This document shows positions 47,959 to 57,306 of a stretch of 64,000 nucleotides of DNA, piece after piece. The DNA is from Planctomycetota bacterium (GTDB taxonomy: Bacteria > Planctomycetota > Phycisphaerae > Phycisphaerales > UBA5793), in contig CAUJHZ010000076.1 of assembly GCA_963205185.1 (NCBI GenBank), forward strand, positions 17,157 through 81,156, given 5' to 3'. The first letter of the stretch is position 1, and each line of letters starts with the position of its first letter. The position numbers and the translations under genes were made by a program. The notes below the pieces were generated by a model. It saw nothing but the letters and a program-made list of their open reading frames with translations, was not told the origin of the DNA and did not search any database.

Positions 47959-48531
47959 TCACGCCGATGCTCGCTGCCCCCACTCCTGCCGCAGCAGGCC
48001 GTAGACCCACTGGTCCACGAACCGCCCTTCGATGAGGTGATGTCCGCGAAGCGTGCCTTCGTGCACGAAGCCGACGCGCTCGATCAACCGACGCGAAGCC
48101 TCATTGCCGACGCTGATGGTTGCAAAGAGCCGAACGAGATCGGACGCGGTGAACGCGAGTTCGACCAGCGATTTCACCGCGGCGAGCCCGATCCCCCGGC
48201 CCTGCCAGGCTCGATCGATCTGGTAGCCGAGTTCGGCGTGGAGCATGCGCCAATTCGCGCGGAGGCTGACCGTTCCTACGAGGCCGGCCTCATTCACCTG
48301 CACCATCCAGCGATAGGTCTTGAACGCCTTGTTGCGCAGATCGCCGCCGACGGCGCCGAAGCGCGTGGTCATTTCCTCAAGCGTCAGATCGTCGTAGGGA
48401 TTGAACTGCCGGGCCGCCGCGTCATGGCGCCATTTCCAGCACAGTTCGGCATGTTCGGGCCGGGCGGGTACGAGGCGCACATGACCGCGCTGTGACTCTT
48501 CGTTGCCGGGAAGTGCTGTCCCTGAATCCAT
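47959..48531 (-). CDS. GNAT acetyltransferase, RimJ/RimL family
   Basis: AELGY.I...WQGRGIG, N.ASRRL.E+VGF..EG.LR, YGLL..EW. Confidence 0.9.
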   Translation of the reverse strand: MDSGTALPGNEESQRGHVRLVPARPEHAELCWKWRHDAAARQFNPYDDLTLEEMTTRFGAVGGDLRNKAFKTYRWMVQVNEAGLVGTVSLRANWRMLHAELGYQIDRAWQGRGIGLAAVKSLVELAFTASDLVRLFATISVGNEASRRLIERVGFVHEGTLRGHHLIEGRFVDQWVYGLLRQEWGQRASA

Positions 48532-48532
48532 C

Positions 48533-51010
48533 TCAACCTCCGCGCAGCGATGCAATGCGCTCGCGCACGTCATCGAGTTGCTGCGGATTCAACTGCTTGA
48601 GCGGGTCGAGGCGCATGTGCTCGTTGATTTCAAGCGTGCGCTCATAAGCCTGCAGCGCAGCGCGGCTCTGACCGGCTTCATCGAGCATCCGCGCCAGCGC
48701 GCGCTGCGCTTCGAGCCCGTTTGGATCGAGTTGGACGACCTTGTTCTGCCACTCGATGGCTCGATTCAATGCCTCAGCATCGTCTGCGAACTGATGCTGC
48801 TCGTACCATCGCCGCGCGGCCATGGCGGCGGCATTGGGGTCATGCGGCCGTCGGTTCGCCAGTTCCTCGGCCAGGCGGGTCGCCACTTGGGCGGCCTCAT
48901 CGCGCATGACCGGCTCACCGCGCTGCTCGTGCAGCGTCGCCAGGTGCATCCACAGGCGCGATGATTCCCGCCAGGCGATGGCGTCGAGCGGCCGCAACTG
49001 CCGGGCTGCTTCAAGTTCGCTCAGTGCAGCCGTCATGCTCTCGACTTCAAGTCGCCGCAGCGCATCGCTGAGAGTCGCGCCTCCGGTCGCCACCAGGCGC
49101 TGCACGCGCGGCCCGTCGTTGAGTTGTATGGCCGAGCGGATTTCGCGCCATGCACCGGCCAGATCGATTTCGATCCCCTGTCGCTGCAGTTGCGATTCCG
49201 CGTCCTGAAGCAGCGCGATGCGCTCGTCGACGCTGCGCGTGCGGCCGGCCCGGTCGAGCGTTGATCGAACCTGCCCGATGCTCTCAAGCGGTGCGTGGGC
49301 CGAGCGCAAGTGATTCTGGATGCGCCAGATCGGCACGACCGCCAGCGCGATGTGCGCCGCGATCAGAGTCGCAAGCGACGCAAGCGCAATCAGCGATGCG
49401 CCCCGGCGCGCCGACCGAGGCGCAGCCTCCTGCGGCGATCGCGCGGCTGCGGCGCCGAGCAGCAGCATAAAGATGGCCGCCGAGCCGGGCTGGGTGAGCG
49501 TCATTTCGATCTGCGAGTGCAGCAGCACGACCGTCAGCGCCGCCCACACCGCCCAGCGCAACATGCCAAGCGAAACCGAGCGCACGAGCAGCGCCACGAG
49601 CGGCAGCGTTGCCGCCAGGCCAACCAGCGACAGCGGCATGAGCAGCAGGTGGTAGTCGATGAGCAGCGCCCGTCGATTCAAGGCCCACGCGCTGACGCCG
49701 GCCGTCAGGGCGATCGCAACGCCGCAGAGCCACGCTCGCTTCATCCACAATTCGCGTGGCGACGGCAACGGCTCGGCGCCTGCAGCCTCCTGCGCTGAAA
49801 CCTCGGCCGCAGCCGGCGGCGCGGCACCGGATGGCGCCGAGCGCCCGACCAGGATCAGCACCAGCGCCATCCACGCCGCCGCGAAGACACCCATCCCCGA
49901 AAGCCAGTCGATGAACACACTGTGCGGGCTCATGACTTCTTCCGGACTCAGCGCCGGTCGGAAAAAGAGATATGCATCCTGAAAGCCGGCCGGGCCGACG
50001 CCCGCAAGCGGATGGGCGGCAAAGATGCGCGCAGCGCCGGTCCAGTAGTGCCAGCGGAACAGCAGGCTGTAGCCATCGACCTGCTGGAGACTTTCAGGAA
50101 AGAGCATGCCGCGAAGGGCGGTCACGATCAGCGCCGTGGCGAGCAGCGCGAAAGTGATCGTCGCCGCATGCGGCCGCACGCGCTGCTTCCAGCGCCTCGG
50201 CAACAGGCACATGGCGGCGAGGATGAGGCCGACCGCCCCAGCGCCAGCCGCACCCTTCGAGAATGAAGCCGTGAGACCCGCGAGCGCGGCCGCGGCCATG
50301 AGGATCGCCACGCCGAGCCAGCCGCTGGGCAGTTTCGAGCGCGCGACGGCAAGAGCGGCGCCGACCCAGAACGCGGCGAGCATCGCCATCAGCGAGCCGT
50401 AGACGTTCGAAAGCGAGAGCCAGCCTGTCGCTTCGCGCTGCGTCAGGCGGCGCAGGTAGATTTCCGCCGCGCTCGACCCCGGCTCCCAGCCCTGCGATTC
50501 GAGCAGCGCTGCCTTGTTGTTCTCGAAAGAGGCGATCGTATCGTGGAATTCGATGATGACCTGATAGAGGCCCTTGATGGCCAGCGGAATGGTGATGGCC
50601 ACGGCCGCGCCGAGCAGTACGATGCGCCAGCGCACCTCGCGCGCCAGGTGCATGGCGCCTACGGCGGTGCTCATCGCCGCAAGCCACTGCGATCCGGCCC
50701 ACCACTGCTCGGCGTCGCCCCAGCCGTGCCACGCCAGCACCGGCGTCGGCGCGAGCAGCAGCGCGAACAGTTTCACGTCGATGCCTCGACCATCGAGCGT
50801 CTCAGCCAGCAGCGCACACAGGCAGCCGAGCAGCGCCAGCAGATCAAGTGTCACGGAGCCGGCCGGCCCGAGTCCCTCCAGTGGCACGGGCAGCACGCGC
50901 GGATCGATCGCAAAGAACGGATCGCTCGCGATGACCAGCAGCGTGCGCAGCACCGCCGGCGCGGCGAGCAGCAGAAAAGCGATCCAGCGCAGCGGGCCGG
51001 CCGCTCTCAC
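48533..51010 (-). CDS. O-antigen ligase family (Wzy_C) membrane protein with C-terminal TPR-like region, 825 aa
   Basis: Many TMs; 'SFSKGA', 'R.HYW..A..IF..HPL.GVGP.GF...Y', 'PHS'; helical TPR-like C-terminus. GTG start overlaps the upstream stop. Confidence 0.82.
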   Translation of the reverse strand: MRAAGPLRWIAFLLLAAPAVLRTLLVIASDPFFAIDPRVLPVPLEGLGPAGSVTLDLLALLGCLCALLAETLDGRGIDVKLFALLLAPTPVLAWHGWGDAEQWWAGSQWLAAMSTAVGAMHLAREVRWRIVLLGAAVAITIPLAIKGLYQVIIEFHDTIASFENNKAALLESQGWEPGSSAAEIYLRRLTQREATGWLSLSNVYGSLMAMLAAFWVGAALAVARSKLPSGWLGVAILMAAAALAGLTASFSKGAAGAGAVGLILAAMCLLPRRWKQRVRPHAATITFALLATALIVTALRGMLFPESLQQVDGYSLLFRWHYWTGAARIFAAHPLAGVGPAGFQDAYLFFRPALSPEEVMSPHSVFIDWLSGMGVFAAAWMALVLILVGRSAPSGAAPPAAAEVSAQEAAGAEPLPSPRELWMKRAWLCGVAIALTAGVSAWALNRRALLIDYHLLLMPLSLVGLAATLPLVALLVRSVSLGMLRWAVWAALTVVLLHSQIEMTLTQPGSAAIFMLLLGAAAARSPQEAAPRSARRGASLIALASLATLIAAHIALAVVPIWRIQNHLRSAHAPLESIGQVRSTLDRAGRTRSVDERIALLQDAESQLQRQGIEIDLAGAWREIRSAIQLNDGPRVQRLVATGGATLSDALRRLEVESMTAALSELEAARQLRPLDAIAWRESSRLWMHLATLHEQRGEPVMRDEAAQVATRLAEELANRRPHDPNAAAMAARRWYEQHQFADDAEALNRAIEWQNKVVQLDPNGLEAQRALARMLDEAGQSRAALQAYERTLEINEHMRLDPLKQLNPQQLDDVRERIASLRGG

Positions 51011-52173
51011 GATCGGGCTCCACCGGCGGCAGCGGCGATCGACCGCTCGTACACCGCCAGCACGATGAGCAGGATGACCACCTGCGCGCCGGCGAGCGCT
51101 GCGACCCAGCCATGCTCGAGGTGCCCGAGATAAATGCCCGTCAAACCGGTTGTCAGCGTGACGCCGTAGATGACCGCGAGCATGCGCCGCACGCTCAAGC
51201 CGCGTTTGACCAATCGGTGAGAGAAGTGCTGCTGATCGCCGACGAACGGGCTGCGCCGCTGGCTGAGCCGAATGGTGACAACGGCGAGCAGGTCGTAGAG
51301 CGGCACGGCGAGGACGATGAGGGGCATGAAGACGCCGTACCACGCCGTCGCGGCATCGCTCTCAAAGTACGTCGTGCGAACGGTCAGGAAACCCAGCAGG
51401 AAGCCGACGACGAGCGAGCCGCCGTCTCCCATGAAGATGCTCGCGGGCGGAAAATTGAAGCACAGAAAGCCCAGCAGCGCGCCCACGAGCAGCGCCAGCA
51501 TAGCGGCGATGAACCACTGGCCGTTGATCAGCGCCGCGGCCAGAAACAGCGCCGCCGCGATGCACGACACGCCTCCAGCCAGGCCGTCCATGTTGTCCAT
51601 GAAGTTGATCGCGTTGGTCACCACCACGAGCCACAGCACGGTGAGCAGAATTGACGGCCATGGCGCCAGACCCGCCAGGCCCGGCGTCGTGTCGAGCAGG
51701 GTGAGCAGCCGGCTCGAACCGGCGAGACCTTCGGCAAAGTCAAAGGGAAAGAGCACGATGAACACCGCCAGCGCGCACTGCGCGGTGAGTTTCGCCCACG
51801 GCCCCAGCGGCCGGCGATCATCAATGAGGCCCAGAGCGTGCATGCCAAGCAGGGCCAGCGCCAGGGCAATGGCCATGGGCGTGCGCTCGACGATGCCCGG
51901 AAGGTGCGGCTGAAGCGAGGGCGCCAGATCGACAATCGCAGACTCGGGCACGAGTCGCAGCGCGATCAGGCCAAGGATCAACGGCGCCAGAATCGCAAAC
52001 GTGATCGCCACGCCGCCGATGTTGGGCACGGGCCGGATCTCCGCCTTGTGATGCCCCGCAGCGCCGTGCGAATCGAGTCGGCCCAGGCGCACGCCGACGC
52101 GCCTCAACCACCACGTAAGCGGCCAGGACAGCGCGAGTGCGGCGGGAATCAGGCAGAGGACCGCGGCGATCAC
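51007..52173 (-). CDS. wecA: Polyprenyl-phosphate HexNAc-1-phosphate transferase (WecA/MraY-like)
   Basis: P.IGG, GLIDD, TNAINFMDNMDGLAGG, FNFPPA.IFMGD.GS, PF.GDQQH.SHRL. Confidence 0.9.
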   Translation of the reverse strand: MIAAVLCLIPAALALSWPLTWWLRRVGVRLGRLDSHGAAGHHKAEIRPVPNIGGVAITFAILAPLILGLIALRLVPESAIVDLAPSLQPHLPGIVERTPMAIALALALLGMHALGLIDDRRPLGPWAKLTAQCALAVFIVLFPFDFAEGLAGSSRLLTLLDTTPGLAGLAPWPSILLTVLWLVVVTNAINFMDNMDGLAGGVSCIAAALFLAAALINGQWFIAAMLALLVGALLGFLCFNFPPASIFMGDGGSLVVGFLLGFLTVRTTYFESDAATAWYGVFMPLIVLAVPLYDLLAVVTIRLSQRRSPFVGDQQHFSHRLVKRGLSVRRMLAVIYGVTLTTGLTGIYLGHLEHGWVAALAGAQVVILLIVLAVYERSIAAAAGGARS

Positions 52174-52179
52174 GGCCGC

Positions 52180-52185
52180 ATTGTA
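52180..52185 (-). promoter_or_regulatory. Candidate -10 box TACAAT, 6 nt before the wecA GTG (leaderless-type)
   Basis: TANNNT hexamer at leaderless spacing; no SD. Confidence 0.45.
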
Positions 52186-52216
52186 GCCGCATCGCCCTTT
52201 GCACCGGGTCAGCGGT

Positions 52217-53956
52217 TCACCACCCTGCCGGCGCCCCGCCCTTGCGCGGATCGCTCGCCGCGTCCCAGCCGTCGCCGCGGCGCCGAATCAGCTGCACAAC
52301 ACCGACATCGCCGCGGCGGCCGACGTCATGGCCGAATTCGCGCATGGCTTCCATCGTCGCCGCATCGGTCCAGGAGTCTTCGAACTGCAGCACATCGGGC
52401 ATCCACTGGTGGTGGAATCTCGGTGCGGCGACTGCCTCGCCCGCCGACGAGTCATGCAGGACCACATCCAGCAGCGTCTGCAGCGTCGCGGAGATGATGC
52501 GCGGCCCGCCCGAACCGCCCACGACCACCTCGACCAAGCCGTCTTCGCCGAGCACGATCGTCGGTGACATGCTCGAGAGGGGCCACTTGCCGCCTTCGGG
52601 TAGATTGCGCTGCGACTGCTGCAGGCCGAAGGCATTTCGCTCGCCGGGCACGGTGAGGAAGTCGTCCATCTCGTTGTTGAGCATGAAGCCGTATTCCGGC
52701 ACTGGCAGCAGCGAGCCAAACGAGAGGTTGATCGTTTCGGTGCACGCCACGGCGTTGCCCCATTCATCCACCACGCCGAAGTGGCTGGTGCCCGCGTCGA
52801 TGGGCAGACCCTCTCTGCTGCCGTAACTCTCGGGCGGCTGCGTGCGGAGCGGATCGATTCGGCGTGCGAGAATGTCGAGATAGGTTTCGCTGAGCAGACT
52901 CGTAGCCGGGACGTTGGCGAAGCGCTCGTCGCCGAGCCACTCGGCGCGGTCGGCGAATGCGTGCTTCATTGCTTCGACGACAAGATGGATGTAAGCAGGA
53001 GACTGCGGCGCCGCCTGTTCGACATCCATCCAGCGCCTCTCGACAAGGCCAAGCGTCTCAAGCGTCGCGATTCCGCCGCTCGAGGGCAGCGGCATCGCCA
53101 GCACGGTACGGCCGCGGAACGTGCCGCGCAACGGCTGCGACAGGCGCGGCTGATACTGCGCGAGATCTTCTGCCGACATCTGCGGGCACGCCGCTGCGAC
53201 GGCCTGGCCGATCTCCCCGGCGTAGAAAGCCGGCGCCCCGTCGCGCGCGATCAGCCGCAGCGTTCGCGCCAATTCCGGCTGGCGCAGCGTCTGGCCGACT
53301 TTCGGCTCGCCGTCGAAGAGAAAGCGGTGGTAAAACCACTCAAACCGATCCGCCCCTACGAGGTCGATCCACTCCGGGTGCGCGCGAATGTCATCGAGCA
53401 CTTCCCCAGCGCTGGCGACGTAATCGGCGTCGATGGCGAAGCCCTGCTCGGCGGCTTCGATGGCCGGCTTGAGCACGGTGGCGCGATCGAGCGTGCCGTA
53501 GTTCTCGAGCGCGGTCATCAACCCGGCGACGGTGCCCGGCACACCCACGGCGTGCGGCCCGTAGCGCGAAGCGCCGGGTGTATCGAGTTGCACGTAGTAA
53601 TCGGGCCCAACGGCGGCCGGTGCGGTCTCGCGGTAGGTGATCGCCACGCTCTGCGTCGGCATGGGCGCATCGGAGGCGATGTGCACGAGCATGAACCCGC
53701 CGCCGCCAAGGCCGCAACTGTACGGCCGCACGACGGCGAGGCAGAAGCTCGTGGCGACGGCGGCATCCACGGCGTTGCCCCCGCGCATCAGCATGTCGAG
53801 CCCCGCCTGCGAAGCAATCGCATGATCGGCAGCGACGACGGCGCGGGGGTAGGTTCCATCCGCCACGCTGAGGTTCGTTGCCACTGCACCGCAGCCGGCG
53901 GCGACAAGGACGAAAGCGGCGCAGACGACTGTTGCACTTCGAAGAAACTTAGGCAT
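52217..53956 (-). CDS. ggt: Gamma-glutamyltransferase
   Basis: GGNAVDAAVA, GLGGGGF, GVPGTVAG, catalytic Thr in GTSHF, LNNEMDDF, P.SSMSPT, GGSGGPRI, D.R+.G. Confidence 0.96.
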   Translation of the reverse strand: MPKFLRSATVVCAAFVLVAAGCGAVATNLSVADGTYPRAVVAADHAIASQAGLDMLMRGGNAVDAAVATSFCLAVVRPYSCGLGGGGFMLVHIASDAPMPTQSVAITYRETAPAAVGPDYYVQLDTPGASRYGPHAVGVPGTVAGLMTALENYGTLDRATVLKPAIEAAEQGFAIDADYVASAGEVLDDIRAHPEWIDLVGADRFEWFYHRFLFDGEPKVGQTLRQPELARTLRLIARDGAPAFYAGEIGQAVAAACPQMSAEDLAQYQPRLSQPLRGTFRGRTVLAMPLPSSGGIATLETLGLVERRWMDVEQAAPQSPAYIHLVVEAMKHAFADRAEWLGDERFANVPATSLLSETYLDILARRIDPLRTQPPESYGSREGLPIDAGTSHFGVVDEWGNAVACTETINLSFGSLLPVPEYGFMLNNEMDDFLTVPGERNAFGLQQSQRNLPEGGKWPLSSMSPTIVLGEDGLVEVVVGGSGGPRIISATLQTLLDVVLHDSSAGEAVAAPRFHHQWMPDVLQFEDSWTDAATMEAMREFGHDVGRRGDVGVVQLIRRRGDGWDAASDPRKGGAPAGW

Positions 53957-54107
53957 GGCAACTCCTCAGCAATCTCTGGCGCACCGAATGCTTGGTACGG
54001 TAGCAGGGTGCCCTTCATCGCACCTGCACGAGTTCGCTTATGGTGCGTGGCCAAGCGGCTCGCCACTTGGGGCGATTCAATGCACGCTGGAGTTGAACAA
54101 CCGCTAG

Positions 54108-55451
54108 CTACTTCCGCAACAGCCGCTCAAGATAATGAATGTCCAAATCGGCTTTGATGAAGCCTGAAAAGGCCATGAGGCGGCGGTGCAGGTCGATCGT
54201 CGTCGCGATGCCCTCGACGCGGAACTCGCGCAGGGCACGGCTCATGCGCGCCAGCGCCGCCTTGCGGTCGTCGGCGTGCACGATGAGTTTGGCGATCAGC
54301 GAGTCATAGTTCGGCGGAACGCGATACCCGGCTACGCAATGCGTATCCACGCGCACGCCGGGCCCGCCGGGAAGATCGAAGCGATGAATGTCGCCCGGGC
54401 TGGGCGCGAAGTTCCGATCGGGATCCTCGGCGTTGATGCGGCACTCGATCGCGTGGCCATTGATGGAGATGTGCTTCTGCTGGTACGGAAGCTTCTCGCC
54501 GGCGGCGACGAGAATACCCGTCTTGACGATGTCCACGCCGGTGATCATCTCGCTGATGGGATGTTCGACCTGCACGCGGGTGTTCACTTCGAGCATGTAG
54601 AAGTTCTGCTGCTCATCCATGAGGAATTCGACCGTGGCCGCGCCGGCGTACCGGGCCGACTGGATGAGCCGCGCCGCCGATTTGCACAGGGCTTCACGCT
54701 TCGAGCTGTCCACGCCGGGCGCGGGCGCTTCCTCGATCAGCTTCTGATGGCGGCGCTGGGTCGAGCAGTCGCGGTCGTAGAGATGAATCGCGTTGCCGTG
54801 CTTGTCGCCGATGACCTGGACTTCGACGTGGCGGGCTTTCTCGAGGAATTTCTCGATGTAGACGGTGCCGTCGCCGAACGCCGCCTGGGCTTCCTGCTGC
54901 GCGGCGTCGATGCCGGACTCAAGCGCCACGCGGTTGTGGGCGATGCGCATGCCGCGCCCGCCGCCGCCCGCGGAGGCCTTGATGATGACGGGGTAGCCGA
55001 TCTCCTCGGCGAGTTTGACTGCTTCTTCCTTGTTCTCGATGCCGCCGGGCGAGCCGGGGAAGATGGGCACCTTGTTCGCCTTGGCGAGCTTCTTGCAGTT
55101 GATCTTGTCGCCCAACTGGTTCATGGCCTCGGGCGAGGGCCCGATGAACTCGATCTGGCACGAACGGCAGACCTCGGCGAAATGCGAGTTCTCCGCCAGA
55201 AACCCGTAGCCGGGGTGGATCGCATCCACGTTCGCGACCTCGGCCGCGGAGATGATGCGCGGGATGTTGAGGTAACTCTGCTTGGATGGCGGCGGGCCGA
55301 TGCACACCGCGTCGTCGGCGAGATCGAGATACGGCGCGCCGCGATCCGCCTCCGAGAACACGCACACCGACTGGATCCCCAGTTCGCGCGCGGCGCGGAT
55401 GATGCGGACGGCAATCTCACCTCGGTTGGCAATCAATATGCGACTGAACAT
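54108..55451 (-). CDS. accC: Acetyl-CoA carboxylase, biotin carboxylase subunit
   Basis: ILIANRGEIA, AIHPGYGFLAEN, KASAGGGGRGM, CSTQRRHQK, EVNTRVQVEHP, YDSLIAKL. Confidence 0.97.
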   Translation of the reverse strand: MFSRILIANRGEIAVRIIRAARELGIQSVCVFSEADRGAPYLDLADDAVCIGPPPSKQSYLNIPRIISAAEVANVDAIHPGYGFLAENSHFAEVCRSCQIEFIGPSPEAMNQLGDKINCKKLAKANKVPIFPGSPGGIENKEEAVKLAEEIGYPVIIKASAGGGGRGMRIAHNRVALESGIDAAQQEAQAAFGDGTVYIEKFLEKARHVEVQVIGDKHGNAIHLYDRDCSTQRRHQKLIEEAPAPGVDSSKREALCKSAARLIQSARYAGAATVEFLMDEQQNFYMLEVNTRVQVEHPISEMITGVDIVKTGILVAAGEKLPYQQKHISINGHAIECRINAEDPDRNFAPSPGDIHRFDLPGGPGVRVDTHCVAGYRVPPNYDSLIAKLIVHADDRKAALARMSRALREFRVEGIATTIDLHRRLMAFSGFIKADLDIHYLERLLRK

Positions 55452-55524
55452 GTGACTCGGCACTTGGGGCTTGAGGCTTGGAAACCGGCGGCTCGCCGCG
55501 GGGCGGCATCAATGGCGATGCAAC

Positions 55525-55995
55525 TCACTTCATCCGGAACAGCGGCTGACCGTATTCGACCGCATCGCCGTCGTTCACTAGCACTTCGGCAATCGTGCCC
55601 CTGCACTCGGCCTTGATCTCGTTGAACACCTTCATCGCTTCGATGAGGCACACGACCGTCGAGTCGGAGACCTTGGCGCCGGCGCTGACAAACGGCTCGG
55701 CGTCGGGATTGGGCCTCGAATAGAACGTGCCCACCATCGGGCTCTTGATGACGTGTCCCTCGCCGCCACCGGCGGCGTGTCGTGCAGACTCGGCTGCCGG
55801 CGCGGCGGGCGCGCCCTGCGGCTGGAGCGGCGCCGGCGCGGCTGCGGGCGGCGCGCTCGTCGTCACCTGCGGCGCGGCGAAGGCGCCGGCGCGGCGGATC
55901 GTCACGCTCTGGTCGCCGTCGGCGACGTCGAGTTCGACGATCTCGTGGTCCACCATCATCTTGATCAGGTCTTCGATGGTCTTTCGGTCGATCAT
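55525..55995 (-). CDS. accB: Acetyl-CoA carboxylase biotin carboxyl carrier protein
   Basis: A/P-rich linker, [12 protein letters not shown] biotinylation site, VEYGQPLF. Confidence 0.97.
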   Translation of the reverse strand: MIDRKTIEDLIKMMVDHEIVELDVADGDQSVTIRRAGAFAAPQVTTSAPPAAAPAPLQPQGAPAAPAAESARHAAGGGEGHVIKSPMVGTFYSRPNPDAEPFVSAGAKVSDSTVVCLIEAMKVFNEIKAECRGTIAEVLVNDGDAVEYGQPLFRMK

Positions 55996-56064
55996 GGCTC
56001 TCGTTTACACCCCTGGTTCCAGTATTCTCGTGCAGGCAACCATCCACCGATGTCCGCCGACGTG

Positions 56065-57192
56065 CTAAAGAACTGTTGCACTCTCTGGTGACTTGGGCCA
56101 GTTGGACAGAACGCGGCAGCCCTTGTCCGTCACCAGCACGTCATCTTCGATGCGCACGCCGCCGACGCCAGGCAGGTAGATGCCCGGTTCGACGGTGACG
56201 ACCATGCCGGGCTTGAGTCGATCATTGTCGCCGCTGCGAGGCGACATGCTGGGCGCTTCGTGAATGTCCAGTCCGATGCCGTGTCCGAGGCCGTGGCCGT
56301 AGTACTCGCCACAGCCGGCGCCGTCGATGATCCGCCTTGCCGCGGCATCGACTTCCCGGCAGAGCGCGCCGCCGCATATGGCGTCGATCGCTGCCAGCTG
56401 GGCTTCAAGCACAATCGGATAGATTGCCTGAATCTTTTTCGGCATCGCGCCCACGCCCCAGGCCCGGGTCATGTCCGAACAGTAGCCCTCCACCTTGGCG
56501 CCCCAGTCGATCAGCAGCGTGCCGCCGCGCGTAAGTTTGGCCCGGCGGGATGGGCGGTAGTGCGGCTTGGAACTGTTCGCCCTGGCCGAGACGTTGGTGC
56601 CAAACGCCGAGCCCTCGGCCCCGCGCTGCTTCATCTCGTATTCGAGCCGCGCGGCGATTTCGGCCTCGCTCTGGCCGATCTTCAGATCGGCCAGCGTCGC
56701 TTCAAGCGCCTGCTGCTGGCATCGAATGGCCTTGCGGATCAGACCCAGTTCGACCTCATCCTTGATGACGCGCAGTTGACTGAGCAGCCCGCTGGTCTCG
56801 ACGATCTTGCGGGCCCCCACCGCTTTGGCCAGCGCGCGGCGGGTGGCGAGTGTGACGTACTCGGCCTGCACGCCGAGGCGAGCGATCTTCAGATCGCCCT
56901 CAACTTCGCCCACCTTGTCCGCGATGGGCCCCCTGCGCAGCGCGATGTCCAACCAGGCGCCGAGCGGCTCGATCTCCTCGGCGAAGCGGCTGTCGCTGAT
57001 GAGTACGAACTGGCGAGAGGTGACGATCGCGTAACTGTCCTCGCCGCTGAACGGCGTGAGGTAGCGGATGTCGTTGGCGTTGGTGATGAGCAGCGCCTCG
57101 ACGCCCGCCTCTTTGATGGCCCGCCGCAGCCGGGTGAGCCGGTCGGCGTAGTGGCGCGGCATGGAGGTTGGGCGGCTCGAGCGGGACTTCAT
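56065..57192 (-). CDS. Xaa-Pro aminopeptidase (M24B)
   Basis: Creatinase-like N-domain; DWG...GYCSD.TR, HGLGHGIGL.IHE, TVEPGIY.PG.GGVRIEDD. Alternative start 57162. Confidence 0.93.
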   Translation of the reverse strand: MKSRSSRPTSMPRHYADRLTRLRRAIKEAGVEALLITNANDIRYLTPFSGEDSYAIVTSRQFVLISDSRFAEEIEPLGAWLDIALRRGPIADKVGEVEGDLKIARLGVQAEYVTLATRRALAKAVGARKIVETSGLLSQLRVIKDEVELGLIRKAIRCQQQALEATLADLKIGQSEAEIAARLEYEMKQRGAEGSAFGTNVSARANSSKPHYRPSRRAKLTRGGTLLIDWGAKVEGYCSDMTRAWGVGAMPKKIQAIYPIVLEAQLAAIDAICGGALCREVDAAARRIIDGAGCGEYYGHGLGHGIGLDIHEAPSMSPRSGDNDRLKPGMVVTVEPGIYLPGVGGVRIEDDVLVTDKGCRVLSNWPKSPESATVL

Positions 57193-57201
57193 TGAAGGGC
57201 G

Positions 57202-57230
57202 AGTATATCGAACGCCTTCCCCCGAGCCAA
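57202..57230 (-). promoter_or_regulatory. Candidate sigma70 promoter TTGGCT-N17-TATACT for peptidase-accB-accC
   Basis: -35 at 57230-57225 and -10 at 57207-57202 with a 17-nt spacer; ATG 57192 lies 9 nt downstream. Confidence 0.55.
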
Positions 57231-57306
57231 CGCGACATCCTGCACGAGCCGCTACCACAACCGGGCGGGAGCACCGATTCCGGCGCCCTGATTCCGCCGC
57301 CCGACA

